Shown piece after piece: positions 61,840 through 64,000 of a stretch of DNA of 64,000 nucleotides. Position 1 is the first letter of the stretch; the number at the start of each line of letters is the position of its first letter. Position numbers and translations under genes: made by a program. A model generated the notes under the pieces. The model ran no database searches. It was not told the origin of the DNA and was given only the letters and a program-made list of their open reading frames with translations. This DNA is from an uncultured Planctomycetota bacterium (GTDB taxonomy: Bacteria; Planctomycetota; Planctomycetia; Pirellulales; Lacipirellulaceae), in NCBI GenBank assembly GCA_963719315.1, contig CAVRBU010000001.1, positions 64,001 to 128,000 on the forward strand. The letters run 5' to 3'.

Positions 61840-62227
61840 ATGTCTACGAAAACGAAAAAGACCGACGCAACGCCAGTCGCTCCCGCAACGGTTGTTGCTG
61901 CTCCCGCTGCTCCCGCATCGAATCGACCCGCTTACGAAAAGAAACGTATCGTTGGTGAAAAGATCGACGCAGATGATGCAGGCTGGAAAAAACACAGCCG
62001 AAGAAATCGCTAAAAGCCGTTGGTTGTTCAGCTGGCTCGCGTCAATGAGTCATTACAAATGGGCGAACGATGGGAAGAATCCACGCTACGAATTGAACGC
62101 TGCAACAACAGATTCGTATTTGATCGGAAAACCAATCGCGTTCCGTAAGCACTATTTCGATCCCGCACCCGTGGAAACAAAAGCCGACCGAAGAAAACCC
62201 GTAGCGAAGAAGACCACAGCTGCTTAA
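61840..62227 (+). CDS. small DNA-binding-like protein with Lys/Ala/Pro-rich tails; several apparent indels
   Basis: GGAG RBS; MSTKTKKTDATPVAPA... A frame-corrected HTH-like TAEEIAKAVGCS appears, ending KPVAKKTTAA*. Confidence 0.55.
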
Positions 62228-62619
62228 TCACGTCACGTCACCCGCAACGCTCGCATGGCAATGCAATGTGACCGACGAATGCGAACGGCTAACTATTCCG
62301 CCTCACAACGATAGCCCGAAATGTTCCCCATCGACCGAACACCACGCTTGCAACCAATCACGATTGAGTACGACTGTAGAGGCAAACGAGTCGCAGAGGA
62401 CATTCACTAACGACTACGAGGCTCGCAGGTTCTACGTCACTAAAGACAAGGCAGGCAAACGACCTAAAGTGCGAAAGGTAGAGACATGAACTAATTGACT
62501 GCCAGGTTAGCGGAGAGTCGGTGTCTCGGTCTCACAGGAAGGGATCTCATGCCTGCACTTGAGATTTTGAGCAAGTCAACACTCCCAGTTTTTTAACCAT
62601 CATTTTCGGAGACAAACAC

Positions 62620-63238
62620 ATGAATCGTGTAGCAGTTTACATTCGCGTATCAACAACGGATCAAGAGAAAGGAATTGACTCACAGAAACGAGCAATCCGC
62701 CAATACCTGAAAGGTCACAACATTTCCAAGTCACGTTGGTTCGTTGATAGAATCTCGGGCAACTCGCTGAAACGTCCAAAGCTAGATCGACTCAAGCGTG
62801 CCATTTTCAATGGAGAAGTGAAAACCGTAATCGTTTGGTCACTCGACCGGATTACGAGACGCGGACCAAGAGACGGATTGGAGTTGCTTTCCAGTTGGAT
62901 GAAAAAAGGAGTTCGATTAGTTACCGTCACGGAACAGTTGGACTTGAACACAGACGCAGGTGAAATGATTGCGTCACTCTTGTTCAGCATCGCCAAAATG
63001 TACAGGACCAAACTCATTGAAAACACGAAACGTGGACTCGAAGCGGCCCGTGCACGTGGAGTCAAACTGGGTAAAAGACCGGGCAAGTGGACCGTTGGAG
63101 GTTAAACCGTTGCACGATGCGGGAATGTCGCCACCCGATATCGCTCGCAAGCTGGGGCGGACCCGTCAAGCGGTTCATAACGTGCTGAACGGTAAGACGG
63201 CAACGTGGAAGCCAGAGCAAGCGAAAAAAGCCCAGTAA
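62620..63238 (+). CDS. serine recombinase (resolvase/invertase) with HTH; frameshift near 63095
   Basis: VYIRVSTTDQ, SG...RP, WSLDRITR, GLEAARARGVKLG; HTH GMSPPDIARKLGRTRQAVHNVL in the next frame. Confidence 0.92.
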
Positions 63239-63340
63239 AACCATAGCTAGAATTAGGGATGACGATTTATAGGGATGCCTGGTAGAATTGGGATACCACG
63301 AGATACAAGCCAATTGTCGAGTGCGTAGAGTGAGCTACAA

Positions 63341-63796
63341 ATGAAAACGAAAAAGATCAAGACGCCAAAGCTAAAAACCAAGAGACACAACAAAATCCGT
63401 CTCTACGGTAAAAGAATCGTCAAGCTGCCATACCCGATAACCGGTAAGAAAGACAAAGGGTTCAGACTCCGCCAAATCACGGAGGCAGACAACCGATTCG
63501 CTGTGGTCAAGACAATGAAGCAACGTCTCAAGCAGTTGATCGAAGATGCAGACATTACTTCCATTCAAAGCGAATGGCTGGCTGCGAGAGCGGTCTTCAT
63601 TGTCGGTTATCTAGAGAGCCTAGAAGTTGATGCGTTGGATGGAAAACAGATTGATTGGACGAAGTATCTGCAAGCGACTCGTTCGCTCACTGACGTGCTG
63701 AACAAACTGGGTCTGGACAAGGTGTTGAAGTCCGCCCAGCGTCTCGAAAATTATGTGGCAAACTACAACGATGAGCAGTTGAAGATTCGGAAGTGA
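63341..63796 (+). CDS. putative terminase small subunit-like helical protein
   Basis: Basic N-terminus, helical body (..LAARA....LE.LE...G..ID..KY...L..LGL), stop overlaps the next GTG. Confidence 0.5.
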   Translation: MKTKKIKTPKLKTKRHNKIRLYGKRIVKLPYPITGKKDKGFRLRQITEADNRFAVVKTMKQRLKQLIEDADITSIQSEWLAARAVFIVGYLESLEVDALDGKQIDWTKYLQATRSLTDVLNKLGLDKVLKSAQRLENYVANYNDEQLKIRK

Positions 63797-64000
63797 CTAT
63801 CATTGAAGCGATCGAAGATGAGAACTTGTTTAGGTCGTTCCTGGCCAATAGAAAAGATAGCCTAGAAACATGGAGACCTTGGCTAATAGCGTTGCGAGTG
63901 TTGTATGGTCTTGCCAGTACGAACGACGTACGCTCGCAAGCTGATTCGTAAGTGCACGGGACGCGACCCCGACAAATTGCCAAAAGATGGTTTTCAAACG
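63793..64000 (+). CDS. N-terminus of a putative terminase large subunit (frameshift near 63910, truncated by window)
   Basis: MTIIEAIEDENLFRSFL...TWRPWLIALRVLYGL/PV...LIRKCTGRDPDKLPKDGFQT resembles the segment preceding the Walker A of terminase-like ATPases. The Walker A itself is outside the window. Confidence 0.5.

Larger units (their letters stand above)
55868..64000. mobile_element. integrated lower-GC element (prophage/satellite-like), continues beyond the window
   Basis: Visible GC drop, loss of host REP repeats, two serine recombinases, Mrr, ORFans, terminase-like pair, broken comEC at the left edge. Confidence 0.8.

Overview
GC-rich bacterial chromosome segment, very probably Planctomycetota (Pirellulales-like). 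The evidence is an ECF sigma factor/Ser-Thr kinase pair, an LEDRRML-type planctomycete export motif, and dockerin-like plus PEP-CTERM tails. From left to right the window holds: (1) a small sigma54-type locus (REC-Fis regulator with no AAA+ domain, DUF1328 peptide, small exported protein); (2) a ~14 kb yge/ygf-type anaerobic purine-catabolism cluster (short ygfK, ygeW, carbamate kinase, ssnA, ygeY, fused Xdh, mocA) with two PLP enzymes that do not look like DpaL and no hyuA; (3) a PEP-CTERM serpin split by a 966-bp IS5-family element; (4) housekeeping genes (cysE, CDF transporter, EF-G paralogue, hisA, hisH, aroK, aroDE, mutL, an NtrC-type two-component pair, pnp, rpsO); (5) ECF + STK + two giant HEXXH surface proteins; (6) a fatty-acid desaturase; and (7) from ~55.87 kb to the window end, a lower-GC integrated element that has cut comEC. 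That element carries two serine recombinases, an Mrr nuclease coupled to an HNH-like ORF, small ORFans and a terminase-like gene pair. Intergenic DNA is full of palindromic REP-like elements and 7/8/9-mer inverted tandem repeats. Some are nested inside each other, and three are translated in frame inside proteins. At least eight genes show single-base frameshifts, most likely long-read consensus errors. No rRNA, tRNA or CRISPR array was seen. All family calls come from motif recognition, not from database searches.
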